DNA from: an uncultured Chloroflexia bacterium
GTDB lineage: Bacteria > Chloroflexota > Limnocylindria > Limnocylindrales > CSP1-4
DNA length: 64,000 nucleotides
Direction: 5' to 3'
NCBI GenBank assembly: GCA_963744115.1
Contig: CAVUSI010000002.1
Location: 675,641 to 739,640, forward strand
Shown here: piece by piece, positions 31,737-42,311 of the stretch
Layout: the number at the start of each line of letters is the position of its first letter
Numbering within the stretch: the first letter of the stretch is position 1
Translations under genes and position numbers: made by a program
The notes under the pieces: generated by a model
The model's input: the letters and a program-made list of their open reading frames with translations, nothing else
Database searches by the model: none
What the model was told of the DNA's origin: nothing

Positions 31737-33959
31737 ATGCCGATCGGCTGGGATCCGGATGCGCGCCAGCTCCACCTCCGGAACGGGACGGTCAGCTACG
31801 TCATCCGGATCCTCGAGAACGGCGCCCTCGGCCACCTCCATTTCGGGTCGCGGCTGAGCGACGCGCGGTCGTATGCGCACATCGGGCTGGGTCCGTTCGA
31901 TGGGTTCACGAACCGGCTCGACGATCCGGTCGCGCTCGAGCTCCCGATCGCCGGCGTCGGGGACTTCCGGGTCCCGGCCCTGACGGTCGAGGGTCCCGAT
32001 GGCTCGGCGGTCCTCGACCTGACCTACGCCAGCCATCGGATCGTGCCTGGGAAGCCGCCCCTCGCCACGCTGCCGTGCACCTACGTCGAAGCGGAGGCGG
32101 AGGCCGACACCGTCGAGATCGTGCTGGCCGATGGGCCGACCGGGGCCGAGGTCCGCCTCGCCTACACGGTGTTCCGGGACCTGCCGATCGTCACCAGGAG
32201 CATGGTCGTGCGCAACGGGGGAGGGGCCGCCCTCGACCTGACCTGCGCGATGAGCGTATCGCTCGACCTGCCCGACTCGGACTGGCGGTTGATCCAGCTG
32301 AGCGGCACCTGGGCCCGCGAGCGGCACGTCGTCGAGCGCCCACTGGTTCCAGGCCGCCAGTCGGTCGGCAGCGTCCGCGGGGCTTCCGGCGCCCAGCACA
32401 ACCCGTTCATCGCCCTTCGCCGAGCGTCGACCACCGAGGACCAGGGTGAGGCGTACGGGTTCAGCCTCGTCTATTCGGGCAACTTCCTGGCCGAGGCCGA
32501 CGTCGACGCGCTCGGCACCACCCGGGTCCGGATGGGGATCGCCCCCGAGGGGTTCCGCTGGCGCCTCGACCCGGGGGCGGAGCTGGAGCTGCCGGAGGCC
32601 GTCCTCGCCTACTCCGACGCGGGCCTCGGCGGCCTGAGCGATGCCTATCACGTCCTCTACCGCGAGCGCCTGGTCCGCGGGACCTGGCGCGACCGGCCTC
32701 GGCCCGTCCTCATCAACAACTGGGAGGGCACCTACTACGACTTCGACGAGGCGAAGCTGCTCGAGATGGCCGCCGCCTCACGCGACCTCGGGGTCGAGCT
32801 GTTCGTGCTGGACGATGGGTGGTTCGGCGAGCGCGACGACGACACGACGTCGCTCGGTGACTGGGTCGTCGACCGGCGCAAGCTCCCCGGCGGGATCGAC
32901 GGTCTCGCGACCAAGGTCGAGGCGCTCGGTCTCCGGTTCGGGCTGTGGATCGAGCCCGAGATGGTCAGCGAGCGCAGCCGGCTGTTCGCCGACCATCCCG
33001 ACTGGGCGATCGGCGTGCCGGGGCGAGCGCGGACCGAGGCGCGCCAGCAGCTGGTCCTGGACATGTCCCGACCGGAGGTCGTCGACCACCTCTTCCGCGT
33101 CCTGTCCGACGTCCTGGGCGGTGCGGCCGTGTCCTACGTCAAGTGGGACATGAACCGGAACATCACCGAGCCGTACAGCCTCGGCCTTCCGGCCGAACGG
33201 CAGGGCGAGTTCTTCCACCGCTACATCCTGGGCGTGTACGACCTGTACCGGCGCCTGACCGCCGCCTTCCCCGAGATCCTGTTCGAGTCATGTGCGAGCG
33301 GAGGTGGACGGTTCGACCCGGGGATGCTCGCCTTCGCGCCGCAGACCTGGACGAGCGACGACACGGACGCCGTCGAGCGGCTGCGGATCCAGTGGGGGAC
33401 GTCGCTGGTCTATCCGCTCAGCTCGATGGGGGCGCACGTGGCCGCCGTCCCGAACCACCAGACCGGGAGGATCACGCCGCTGGCGACCCGGGCGGCGGTC
33501 GCGTTCTTCGGGGTCTTCGGCTACGAGCTGGATCCGACCCGCTTCTCGGCCGAGGAGCGCCACGAGGTCATCGAGCAGATCGCGTTCTACACGGCCCATC
33601 GAGAGCTGTTCCAGCGCGGGCGGTTCGTCCGGTTGCGAAGTCCGTTCGAGGGTGACGGCGACGGGACGGCCTGGATGGTCGTCTCGCCCGATCGGCGGCG
33701 GGCCGTCGTCGGGGTCTACCGGGCGCTGAACCGGCCCGTGCCGGGACCCGACCGCGTGCGGCTGCGCGGAATCGACCCGTCCGTCGCGTACCGGGTCGCG
33801 CTGTGGCCGTCGACCGGCGATAGCATCGAGCGGGCGAACGCGCTCGTCCGCGGCGGCGACGACCTCATGGCGGTCGGTCTGTTCTTCGCCGCGGAACGAC
33901 ACGCCGCGGCTCGATGGGGCGACTTCTGGGCGCGCTTGTTCGTGCTCGAGGCGGTCTGA
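31737..33959 (+). CDS. alpha-galactosidase, GH36
   Basis: NNWEGTY, LFVLDDGWFG, FGLWIEPEMV, YVKWDMNR, CASGGGRFD, WTSDDTD. Confidence 0.95.
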   Translation: MPIGWDPDARQLHLRNGTVSYVIRILENGALGHLHFGSRLSDARSYAHIGLGPFDGFTNRLDDPVALELPIAGVGDFRVPALTVEGPDGSAVLDLTYASHRIVPGKPPLATLPCTYVEAEAEADTVEIVLADGPTGAEVRLAYTVFRDLPIVTRSMVVRNGGGAALDLTCAMSVSLDLPDSDWRLIQLSGTWARERHVVERPLVPGRQSVGSVRGASGAQHNPFIALRRASTTEDQGEAYGFSLVYSGNFLAEADVDALGTTRVRMGIAPEGFRWRLDPGAELELPEAVLAYSDAGLGGLSDAYHVLYRERLVRGTWRDRPRPVLINNWEGTYYDFDEAKLLEMAAASRDLGVELFVLDDGWFGERDDDTTSLGDWVVDRRKLPGGIDGLATKVEALGLRFGLWIEPEMVSERSRLFADHPDWAIGVPGRARTEARQQLVLDMSRPEVVDHLFRVLSDVLGGAAVSYVKWDMNRNITEPYSLGLPAERQGEFFHRYILGVYDLYRRLTAAFPEILFESCASGGGRFDPGMLAFAPQTWTSDDTDAVERLRIQWGTSLVYPLSSMGAHVAAVPNHQTGRITPLATRAAVAFFGVFGYELDPTRFSAEERHEVIEQIAFYTAHRELFQRGRFVRLRSPFEGDGDGTAWMVVSPDRRRAVVGVYRALNRPVPGPDRVRLRGIDPSVAYRVALWPSTGDSIERANALVRGGDDLMAVGLFFAAERHAAARWGDFWARLFVLEAV

Positions 33960-33968
33960 CCGACCCCG

Positions 33969-34793
33969 TCAGCCCCACCGTCCCAGTGGTCCCACGAACC
34001 CGACGATGAGCGCCGCGAGCTTCTCGGGGACCTCCATCCCGATCAGATGGGCGACGTCCGGGATGAGGACCGCGCGAGCGTTCGGGGCGTGGGTCTCGAG
34101 ATGAGTCGCGGTCTGGGCGACGTCGGACATGTCGAGCGCACCGGCCAGGGCGAGGACGGGACAGCGTAGCTCGGCAAGCCGCTCGGCGGCCGGCGGCTGA
34201 AGCCGGATCGGCCGCCCGTCGACGTGGCCGGCCGCGTATTGTGGCCGATCCATCATCCGGACCGCCTCGGCGATCCAGCCCGGGACGCGGCCGGCGGGTT
34301 GACCAAGCCCGGAGACCCAGACCCGCAGGTCGAGCTCGACGATCGCGTCGACGTCGATCGGGTCGCTGCCCTCGAGCCGATCCATCTCGTCGAAGGCGGC
34401 GCTCTCGTCGGCGGTCGGCTCGCCTTCGAACCCACCGAGCCCCGCGCTGACGCCGACGACCGCGGCGATCCGGTCGGGAAACTCGATCGCTGTGTCGAGG
34501 GCGATCTGCCCGCCGCGGCTGTTCCCGACGAGGACAGCCTGACCGATCCCGAAGGCATCGAGCACCGCGATGACGTCCGCCCGGTTGCTGAACTCGACGT
34601 CGGAGGTCGCCGACCGGCCGAACCCTCGAAGGTCGTACCGGATGGCCCCGTAGCCCGCGGCGACCAGCGGCGGGACGACCGCGTCCCAGGCACGGTGATC
34701 GACGATGGCCGCGTGGATGAGGACGATCGGCGGCCCGTCGCCGTCGCTCACCACGAACAGCCGACCGCCCGGGACGTCGACGTGTCGATCCAT
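33969..34793 (-). CDS. alpha/beta hydrolase
   Basis: YDLRGFGRS, GNSRGG nucleophile elbow, C-terminal AHL. Confidence 0.9.
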   Translation of the reverse strand: MDRHVDVPGGRLFVVSDGDGPPIVLIHAAIVDHRAWDAVVPPLVAAGYGAIRYDLRGFGRSATSDVEFSNRADVIAVLDAFGIGQAVLVGNSRGGQIALDTAIEFPDRIAAVVGVSAGLGGFEGEPTADESAAFDEMDRLEGSDPIDVDAIVELDLRVWVSGLGQPAGRVPGWIAEAVRMMDRPQYAAGHVDGRPIRLQPPAAERLAELRCPVLALAGALDMSDVAQTATHLETHAPNARAVLIPDVAHLIGMEVPEKLAALIVGFVGPLGRWG

Positions 34794-34811
34794 CGGCGAC
34801 CCGGGTGATCC

Positions 34812-36023
34812 CTAGCCGCTGACCGGGGCGACGTTCGGGATGGGTTCGGAGCCGCTGAACTCCGCCTTCGTCGGCAGGAGCGACTTGCCGCGCCGCGAGA
34901 TCCCCAGGAGGATCCAGCTGATCGGGATCGGCAGGAACCACTGGAAGGCGCGGAAGAGCATGACCGCGGCGCTGATCGCCGAGCTGTCGGCGCCGCCGGT
35001 GTAGGTCGTGTAGAACGAGATGTAGAGCAGGTCGGGGACGCCGGCGCCACCCGGTGAGATCGGCAACACGGTGATGACGAAGACGGCCGCCACGCCGGCG
35101 AAGATGATCGACGCGGGAAGCTCCGCTTGGGTCACGCCGACCACGCGCATCGACACGATCATCAGCAGCGCCCAGGCGAACTTCGACAGCATCGCGGTGA
35201 TGAACGACGGGATGCCACGCTGCCGGACCGTGTCGCCGAGCGTGACCCGGAACTTGACCAGGCTGCCCTCGATGTCGGGGACGGTACGCTCGATCCGGCG
35301 GAGGACGGCGCCGACGACACGCTCCGCGATCCGGCCGATCTTGCGGGCGAGCCGCTCGGATCGGACGACGAGGATCAGCCCGCCGCCGAGCAGGATGAAC
35401 AGCCCGAGCCCGATCACCATGAACGTCGTGATCAGTCCGGTCTCGACCGAGACGCCCCGATTCAGGCCCTCGGCGATGAACAGGAAGACCCCGGCGACGG
35501 CCATCAGCCCGAACCGGCTCAGCTGGTCGAAGATCCCGTACAGGAGGATCCCGCCGGTCGTCTCCTGGAGCGGCAGGCCCCAGCCGCGGATGACCACCCA
35601 CAGCACGGCCATGTTCCATGGTCCGAGCGGGATGCTCGCGCCGATCCCGGTCAGGATCAGGTAGGCCTGCGTCCCCCGGATGAACCCGAGCCCCGGGATC
35701 AGCTCGGCGAAGATCGCACCGGTCAGGACCCAGGCGATGAGGCCGAAGACACCGACGATGAGGAACTGCTGGAAGGTCAGACCCTGGAGCGTGGCGATGA
35801 CGTCCTGGTAGTCGATGTAGCGCGGAAGGATGATCCCGAAGACCACGACCAGGACGCCGACGACGATCCCGATCCGGAGGATCGCGTCCCGCCGGCTCGG
35901 CGGCTTGGTCTCGGCGACCCCGGCCGGGGCCGAGCCGGTCGTCGTCGCGTCCGCCGGTCCGGTGTCGGCGGGTGCTGCGGTCCCGCCGGGAGTGCCAGCC
36001 CCTTGATCGCCCGTGCCACTCAT
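34812..36023 (-). CDS. lysylphosphatidylglycerol synthase TM / YbhN-family membrane protein
   Basis: Many TM helices, LPISPGGAGV and VMLFRAFQWFLPI motifs. Confidence 0.8.
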   Translation of the reverse strand: MSGTGDQGAGTPGGTAAPADTGPADATTTGSAPAGVAETKPPSRRDAILRIGIVVGVLVVVFGIILPRYIDYQDVIATLQGLTFQQFLIVGVFGLIAWVLTGAIFAELIPGLGFIRGTQAYLILTGIGASIPLGPWNMAVLWVVIRGWGLPLQETTGGILLYGIFDQLSRFGLMAVAGVFLFIAEGLNRGVSVETGLITTFMVIGLGLFILLGGGLILVVRSERLARKIGRIAERVVGAVLRRIERTVPDIEGSLVKFRVTLGDTVRQRGIPSFITAMLSKFAWALLMIVSMRVVGVTQAELPASIIFAGVAAVFVITVLPISPGGAGVPDLLYISFYTTYTGGADSSAISAAVMLFRAFQWFLPIPISWILLGISRRGKSLLPTKAEFSGSEPIPNVAPVSG

Positions 36024-36238
36024 CGTGGTGTCCGTCTCCTGTGCCGTCCGAGGTCGACCCGTACCGACCTCCGGGCCGATCGCCCCTCTCGCTCGTCCGC
36101 CCATGGTAGCGGGGCCGTCGCCGGACGTGGGGTCCGAGTCTGGCGGTGACGGCGGGCACCGACCAAGGTACGGTCGCCCGCCGGACGAGCGAGGGAGTGA
36201 CTCGGCGAGCGAGGCGGGGGACGATCGGGAGCACACCG

Positions 36239-37954
36239 ATGTTGCCCACGACCCTCCACTCGAGCCGTCGCCTGCTGGTCGTCCTCATCGCCGTGGCGAT
36301 CGGCGCCTGGCTGCTGACGCCCACCGCCGCGCTGCTGTTCGGCGCCCATGCGGTCCGGGGTGCGACCGCCGTCGAGACCGTGAAGCCCCGGGTGCTTGCG
36401 GCGCTCCCGGCGATGCCGGCGGCCTGGCCGTCGAGTCACTTCGAGCTCGGGCTGGCCGATGCTCCGGGTGGCGCCGCCGCGCTCCACGCCTCGGCGGCCT
36501 TCGGCTTCCGCTATCAGTACCTGGCCGGCGGGGTCAACACAGGAAACGGGTGGTCGACCTGGAACACGAACGGCCAGTTCGTGTCCTACTACGTCGCCGA
36601 TTCCACGGCGAACCAGGTCACGCCGGTCTTCCCGTACTACATGCTCCTCTTCTCGAACCCGGCGACCGGATCGAGCGAATCGGCCAAGGACCTGTCGAAC
36701 CTGGCCAATCACACCACCATGGCAGCGTATTACAACGATCTCCGGCTGTTCTTCGCCCGGGCCGCCGGGGCGACACCGGTCGTCCTGCACGTCGAGCCCG
36801 ACCTGTGGGGCTACATCGAGCAGGCCAGCGGGACGAGCGACGACGCGACGGCCATCCCCGCTTCGGTCGCGAGCTCGGGCGACCCGTCGCTGACCGGGCT
36901 GCCGAATACCGCCGCCGGGTTCGCCCAGGCGGTCGTCAAGCTCCGTGATCAGCTCGCCCCGAACGTGATCCTGGCGTACCACCTGTCGGTCTGGGGCACG
37001 AACACGGACATCAGCTACTCGAACAGCTCGGACGCCGCGGTCGACGCGCTCGCTGCCCGCGCGGCGACGTTCTACCAGTCGCTCGGCGCCCACTTCGACC
37101 TGACCTTCACCGACATCGCCGACCGCGATGCGAGCTTCAAGGAGATCATCTCCGGCGACGGCGGCGCGTCGCGCTGGGACGACGCCGACTTCGTTCGGTA
37201 CGCCCGATTCGTCGCCGGTTACGTGGCCGGCGCCGCCCAGCGCGTCGTCGTCTGGCAGATCCCGCTCGGGAACACCAAGATGCGCGCCCAGGACAACACC
37301 TGGGGCCACTACCAGGACAACCGGGTCCAGTGGTTCCTCGACGATCCGGGCGGGACCCACCTGGCGATGTGGCGTGACGCCGGGGTGATCGCCCTCATGT
37401 TCGGCGGAGGAGCCGACGGCACGACCTGCGCCTGCGACGGCCAGCACGACGGCACGACCAACCCGCCGGCCATCAACGGGAACACCCGCGCGTCGCTCGA
37501 CGCGGACGACGACGGCGGCTACTTCCACGAGCAGGCTGCCGCCTACTACACCGCTGGATCTCTCGCCCTCGACCCGGGATCGGGCGGCGGCGGAGGCGGG
37601 GGCGGGGGCGGTGGGGGTTCGACCGTCACGAGCTGGACCCTCAGCGCATCCGTGAGTCCGACCAGCCTGAGTCGGAACCACGACGTCCGGATCACCGCGC
37701 GGGCCAAGGCGTCGGCGGCCACCCGTGGCAAGGTGAGCGTCGACGTGTGGGACCCGGCGGGTCACCTCGCGTTCCGCAAGACCTATCCGGCCACGACCTT
37801 CGGGAAGGGTGCGACGATCTCGGTCACCCCGGTCTTCCACGTGTCGTCGACGCGTCGTCTCGGCGTCTACACGGTCAAGGTTCGGATCCTCAGCGCGACC
37901 GACGGCCACGTCCTCGCGTCCAAGACGAGCTCCCACACCTTCCGCGTCCACTGA
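36239..37954 (+). CDS. secreted putative glycoside hydrolase-like protein with poly-Gly linker and C-terminal Ig-like domain
   Basis: Signal/TM, YQYLAGGVN..W, LHVEPDLWGY, WQIPLGN, DDDGGYF, GSGGGGGGGGGGGS linker, basic beta-rich tail. Confidence 0.65.
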   Translation: MLPTTLHSSRRLLVVLIAVAIGAWLLTPTAALLFGAHAVRGATAVETVKPRVLAALPAMPAAWPSSHFELGLADAPGGAAALHASAAFGFRYQYLAGGVNTGNGWSTWNTNGQFVSYYVADSTANQVTPVFPYYMLLFSNPATGSSESAKDLSNLANHTTMAAYYNDLRLFFARAAGATPVVLHVEPDLWGYIEQASGTSDDATAIPASVASSGDPSLTGLPNTAAGFAQAVVKLRDQLAPNVILAYHLSVWGTNTDISYSNSSDAAVDALAARAATFYQSLGAHFDLTFTDIADRDASFKEIISGDGGASRWDDADFVRYARFVAGYVAGAAQRVVVWQIPLGNTKMRAQDNTWGHYQDNRVQWFLDDPGGTHLAMWRDAGVIALMFGGGADGTTCACDGQHDGTTNPPAINGNTRASLDADDDGGYFHEQAAAYYTAGSLALDPGSGGGGGGGGGGGGSTVTSWTLSASVSPTSLSRNHDVRITARAKASAATRGKVSVDVWDPAGHLAFRKTYPATTFGKGATISVTPVFHVSSTRRLGVYTVKVRILSATDGHVLASKTSSHTFRVH

Positions 37955-38017
37955 CCCGACCGACCATCCGGAGGCAGGTTCGTCGCAGGCCGCTACCCTT
38001 GGCGGACACAGAGCGAG

Positions 38018-38546
38018 ATGGGCGAACTGGTGATCCTCCCCAAGATCCGCGATCCGCGGTTCATCACCGTCCGCCGTGGCGGGACCCTCCAAGACGACGA
38101 TCATCGTCTTCTCGCGTTATGGGCGGCCGACTGCGCAGAGCACGTCCTGCACCGCTTCGAGCAGGTCCGACCGCAGGACGACCGTCCTCGTCGGGCGATC
38201 GACCTCGGGCGCGCCTGGGCGCGGGGAGAGATCACCTGGGGAGAGGCCCGCACGGCGGCCGGTCATGCGAACGCCGCGGCGAGAGACCTGACCGGGGCGG
38301 CACGGCATGCGGCGTACGCTGCGGGCCAGGCCGCGGCGGTGGGCCATGTGGCGGCCCACGAGCTCGGAGCCGCGGCCTACGCGATCAGGGCCGCCCGGGC
38401 GGCGGCGACTCGAAGACGACAGCCTCGCGGCCGGCCGCCTGGAGTGCCGCTGGCAGCGCGCCCGACTCCCCGACGAGATCCGGGAACTCGTGCTCGACGA
38501 CCAGCGGCTGCGCAACGAGCTGTGCTGGTTCGCGTTCGACTGCTGA
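38018..38546 (+). CDS. Imm5-like putative immunity protein (frameshift ~38408)
   Basis: DHRLLALWAADCAEHVL..FE...DDRPRRAI, AAGQAAAVGHVAAHELGAAAYA, then ECRWQRARLPDEIRELVLDDQRLRN in the shifted frame. Confidence 0.75.
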
Positions 38547-38588
38547 CACGGCCCGGCGGCCGCCACACGGTCGGCCCGGCCCCCCGGC

Positions 38589-39614
38589 TCAGGTGGACGG
38601 CTGCGCCGCCGGCCCTTCGGCCTCCTCGTCGCCTTCGCCCTCGTGCCGGAGGGCGAAGCGCAGCGTGCCGTAGGCCGCCAGGTCGATCGCCAGGCCGGTG
38701 AGCCCCGCCAGCTGCGAGCTGTAGAACACGAACACCTGGCTGACCAGGATCCAGACCAGCAGCCCGCGCATGAACCAGTGGTACGCCTCGACTCTCGACG
38801 TCGGCAACGCGATCACCCCCCGCAGGATGAGGGCCACCCCGATCCCCGTCGAGACGGCCTGGGCGATGACGACCGTCGAGGTCTCGCGCTCGCCGATCGC
38901 GAACGTCACCGCCAGCACCCCGACGATCGCAGCGACCGTGTAGGCGATGACGAACGCCACCACGCCGCGCTCGAACCAGTCGTTCGCCACCAGGCGCTGA
39001 TACGCGTGGCCGAGCCGGCTCGCGATCCGCTCGGCGGGTGACCGGACCTCGGGCGTCCGGGGCAGCCCGTCGAGGTAGCGCCCAAGATCACGGACCAGCG
39101 GCGACTCTGGGTCCGCCCCGTCGAGCAGCCGCCGGATCCGCATCCGGTCGTCCGGCTCGATCGCCCGCCCGATCGTCCCCTCGACGAGGTCGAGCGCGTT
39201 GGCCAGCGACTCGGTCTGCGTCAGGCGGTGACGCCCGACGAGGGTCCGCACCACGAGGAACAGGACGATGAACAGGACGTAGATCAGCGCGACGGCGGGC
39301 TGGAAGAAGTAGTCGTTGTCCGACGTCAGGAACTTGCCGATCTCGTCGATGAAGATCCCGAAGCCGACGCCGCCGATCACCGCCGCGATGTGATGGATCC
39401 CGCGGTCCAGGTAGCTGATCAGCAGGAGGATCCCGACGAGCATCAGCAGCCCGCCCCACAGCATGTGGGCGATGTGGAGCCCGTTGCCGCCGAGCTGCGG
39501 GTAGCCGGTCACCGCCAGGAAGAAGCGGATGGCCAGGAAGGACGAGACCGCCGCCACGAGGAAGCTCTCGAAGAACGTGCTCGCGTCGCTGCTCCGGACC
39601 AGGTAGCGGTTCAT
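38589..39614 (-). CDS. conserved multi-pass membrane protein
   Basis: YPQLGGNGLHIAHMLWGG, GFGIFIDEIGKFLTSDNDYFF, several TM helices. Confidence 0.75.
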   Translation of the reverse strand: MNRYLVRSSDASTFFESFLVAAVSSFLAIRFFLAVTGYPQLGGNGLHIAHMLWGGLLMLVGILLLISYLDRGIHHIAAVIGGVGFGIFIDEIGKFLTSDNDYFFQPAVALIYVLFIVLFLVVRTLVGRHRLTQTESLANALDLVEGTIGRAIEPDDRMRIRRLLDGADPESPLVRDLGRYLDGLPRTPEVRSPAERIASRLGHAYQRLVANDWFERGVVAFVIAYTVAAIVGVLAVTFAIGERETSTVVIAQAVSTGIGVALILRGVIALPTSRVEAYHWFMRGLLVWILVSQVFVFYSSQLAGLTGLAIDLAAYGTLRFALRHEGEGDEEAEGPAAQPST

Positions 39615-39666
39615 CGCTCGGTCCCGACCGAGGCGTCACGGCCCGTCGGACGTGAGCGCCGCCCGC

Positions 39667-40858
39667 TCATCGGCTGAGCTCCTGCTCGAGCGGCGTCCGG
39701 AACCGCGGGGTGATCCGTGATCGATCCGAGCCAGTCGGCCAGCCGGGCGGCCTCGAGATCGATCGCAGCCGATGCCTCCGCCCCGACGTCTTCGAGCAGG
39801 CGGACGACCACCTCGCCGTCGGACCGCTGCAACCAGCCGCCGACGACCCGGCCGTCCGCCCAGACCGTCGGACCGGCATTCCCGTTCGTGTCGAACAGCG
39901 CAGGGCGATGGGGCGCGAGGTACCAGTCGCGTGACGCCCAGCCCATCGTCGTCGTGTCGAGGGCCGGCAGCAGCGCGACCCACGGATCGGGCGCCTCGCC
40001 CATCGGGACGTCGTCGTCGGGAAGGACGAGCCCGACGCCGTCGTCGAGCGCGACCTCCACGGCCCCCAGCTCCGCGACGGCCCTTCGCGTCTCACCGAGC
40101 GTCCAACCCGTCCACCACTTGATGTCGGCCTCCGTCCCCGGGCCGAACGCCCGGAGCCAGCGGCGGATGAGCTCGACGCGGGCGGCTTCGGTCGGCAGCT
40201 CGACCAGGCCTCCCGGGAGCCAGGCGTCCATCGGCGCCCAGCGGTACTGACTGCTGATCCATGTCCCGCGCGGGCGTCCCCGGACGATCCGCCCCTCCGC
40301 GGCGAGCAGGAACAGGACGCGCGTCGAGACGCCGATCGTGCCCTGCCATCTCTTGCCTTCACCCACGGGGATCTGCTCACGGAGTCGCGGGACCTCCGCC
40401 GCCAGCTCGGTCGCGGTCGCCTCGCCGAGCCGGATGAGGGCCGCGAGCGCCGCGTCCTTGGTCTCCGTCAGCCAGGTCTCCGGATCGCCGGCGATGCCCG
40501 CCACGGTCAGCATCTGGACCGTGTTGCGGTGCTGGTGGGCCGCGTTCGCCCGTCCGCTCGCGGCGTGGATGACGGGGGCCAGCTCGAGTGGCTCGACGAA
40601 CATCGTGCGACGCATCCCGAGCAGGCGGACCACGCTTCGATCGTCGTACAGGGCCCGCGCGAAGGCTTCCGGTCGGCCGTCCTGCGCACCGGGCGCGATG
40701 CGGGCCCGCGCACCGAGATAGACCGACGCCGGATCCGTGCCGTGGAGGCCGACCAGGTCGCCGGCGGCCTCGACGATCCCGGCCGCGTGGGACCCCGGCG
40801 CGAGGTGGTGCCTCCGTCCCAGTCGCGCACGCCGCTCTGCCGTGTCGATCCGTCGCAC
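39667..40858 (-). CDS. AlkZ/YcaQ-family winged-helix DNA glycosylase-like protein (frameshift ~39719)
   Basis: LHGTDPASVYL, LGMRRTMF, WLRAFGPGTEADIKWWTGW, LLPALD, GNAGPTVWADGRVVGGW. The tail ITPRFRTPLEQELSR is in the shifted frame. Confidence 0.82.
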
Positions 40859-40984
40859 GACGTCACGGTAGCGGAGCCGCCGAGCGGCGGCGACCCGTCA
40901 CCGGATCGCGAACCGCCGATGGGGCCATCGATCCGGGACCAACGAGCCACGGACCCGCTGGAGCGAACGGCCTAGCGTCCGTCC

Positions 40985-42283
40985 ATGAGTTCGCGTGAGA
41001 ACGCGATCGAGAGCCGGCGGGCTCGAACCGCCGCGTCTCGCTTCGTCGCCCTGCTCGATTCCCTGCGGACGTTGCCCGCTCGCGTCCGCGAGTCCGAGTA
41101 CCAGCGGGTCGGGCTGAGCCCGCGGTTCCGGGCGATCCAGCGTCGGCGGGTCCGGGCGGCCTGCCGGGTCGGGTTCCTCGTCGTGGCGGCGGCGGTCGCG
41201 TTCGACCTCGTCGCGCTGTTCGGCCTCGAAGGCGGGCAGACGACCGTGGCGATGGTGTTCAGCGTCGGCACGATCCTCCTGTCGCTGGTCTGCTGGTGGC
41301 TGCTGCCCCGCCGTCTCCGGCGCTACCCCGAGATCGCCGCCTGGATCGTGACGATGGGGGTCGCCGCGTCGACCGCCGCGACCGGAGTCGCCGTACCGTC
41401 GCTCGCCATCCAGACCGCCGGCTACCTGCTCGTCCTGCCGGGCCTCGTCTCCCTCGTCCTGCCGTGGCGGACGGCGACCCACGTGACGTGGCTGTTCGCC
41501 TACACCTTCGTGGCGGTCGGCTACTTCGTCCTCGACCCGAACGGCGCGTTCACGGCGTCGGAGCGGAGCGACCTCGTGGTGGTGCTGCTGGTCGCGCTCG
41601 GGGCCAGCCTGGCGGGGCACGTCCTGCTCCAGCGCTCGCAGATCCGCAGCTTCGCCCAGCTCGAGAGCATCCGCGCCCTCCAGCGCCGGGCGGCCGACGA
41701 CATGGTCGAGCTCGAACGGGTCCATCACGCGCTCGAGCTGACCGCCCGGACCGACCCGCTGACCGGCGCGGGCAACCGGCGCCGGCTCGACGAGGACCTC
41801 CGCGCCGTCCGCGCCCATATCAACCGCTCGAACTTCACCTACGGGCTGGTCGAGATCGATCTCGACCGGTTCAAGCAGGTCAACGACCTGCTCGGTCACG
41901 GTGCCGGGGACGCCGTCCTGTGTCGGGTCGTCGAGGCGATCCAGACCACGCTCCGTGCCAACGACGCGGTCTACCGCCTCGGCGGGGAGGAGTTCCTGGT
42001 GGTCCTGTCGGTGCCGACGATCGAGGGACTCGCCGCCGCGACCGAGCGGCTGCGGATCGCGGTGATGGCGCTCGAGATGGACCATCCGGGCAACCCGCCG
42101 CACGGCCGGATCACCGTCAGCATGGGCGGCAGCCTGATCGGTCAGGCGGACCTCGGGCTGACGGACGAGCAGTGGCTTCACCGGGTCGACGAAGCGCTCT
42201 ACCGGGCCAAGGACCTCGGTCGGAACCGGGTCGAGCTCATCGCCCCGCTCGTCGCCGTCAGGGACATCGCCGAGACGGCATAG
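40985..42283 (+). CDS. membrane-bound diguanylate cyclase (GGEEF)
   Basis: ~6 TM, TDPLTGAGNRR, DLDRFKQVND..GH..GD, RANDAVYRLGGEEF (I-site and A-site both intact). Confidence 0.92.
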   Translation: MSSRENAIESRRARTAASRFVALLDSLRTLPARVRESEYQRVGLSPRFRAIQRRRVRAACRVGFLVVAAAVAFDLVALFGLEGGQTTVAMVFSVGTILLSLVCWWLLPRRLRRYPEIAAWIVTMGVAASTAATGVAVPSLAIQTAGYLLVLPGLVSLVLPWRTATHVTWLFAYTFVAVGYFVLDPNGAFTASERSDLVVVLLVALGASLAGHVLLQRSQIRSFAQLESIRALQRRAADDMVELERVHHALELTARTDPLTGAGNRRRLDEDLRAVRAHINRSNFTYGLVEIDLDRFKQVNDLLGHGAGDAVLCRVVEAIQTTLRANDAVYRLGGEEFLVVLSVPTIEGLAAATERLRIAVMALEMDHPGNPPHGRITVSMGGSLIGQADLGLTDEQWLHRVDEALYRAKDLGRNRVELIAPLVAVRDIAETA

Positions 42284-42311
42284 GGAGCCGCGTCCCGGCT
42301 ATCGTGGCGCG

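Noticed and set aside
37583-37618. G-rich tract as a G-quadruplex or contingency locus
   Set aside because: It is explained by the in-frame poly-Gly linker with mixed codons.
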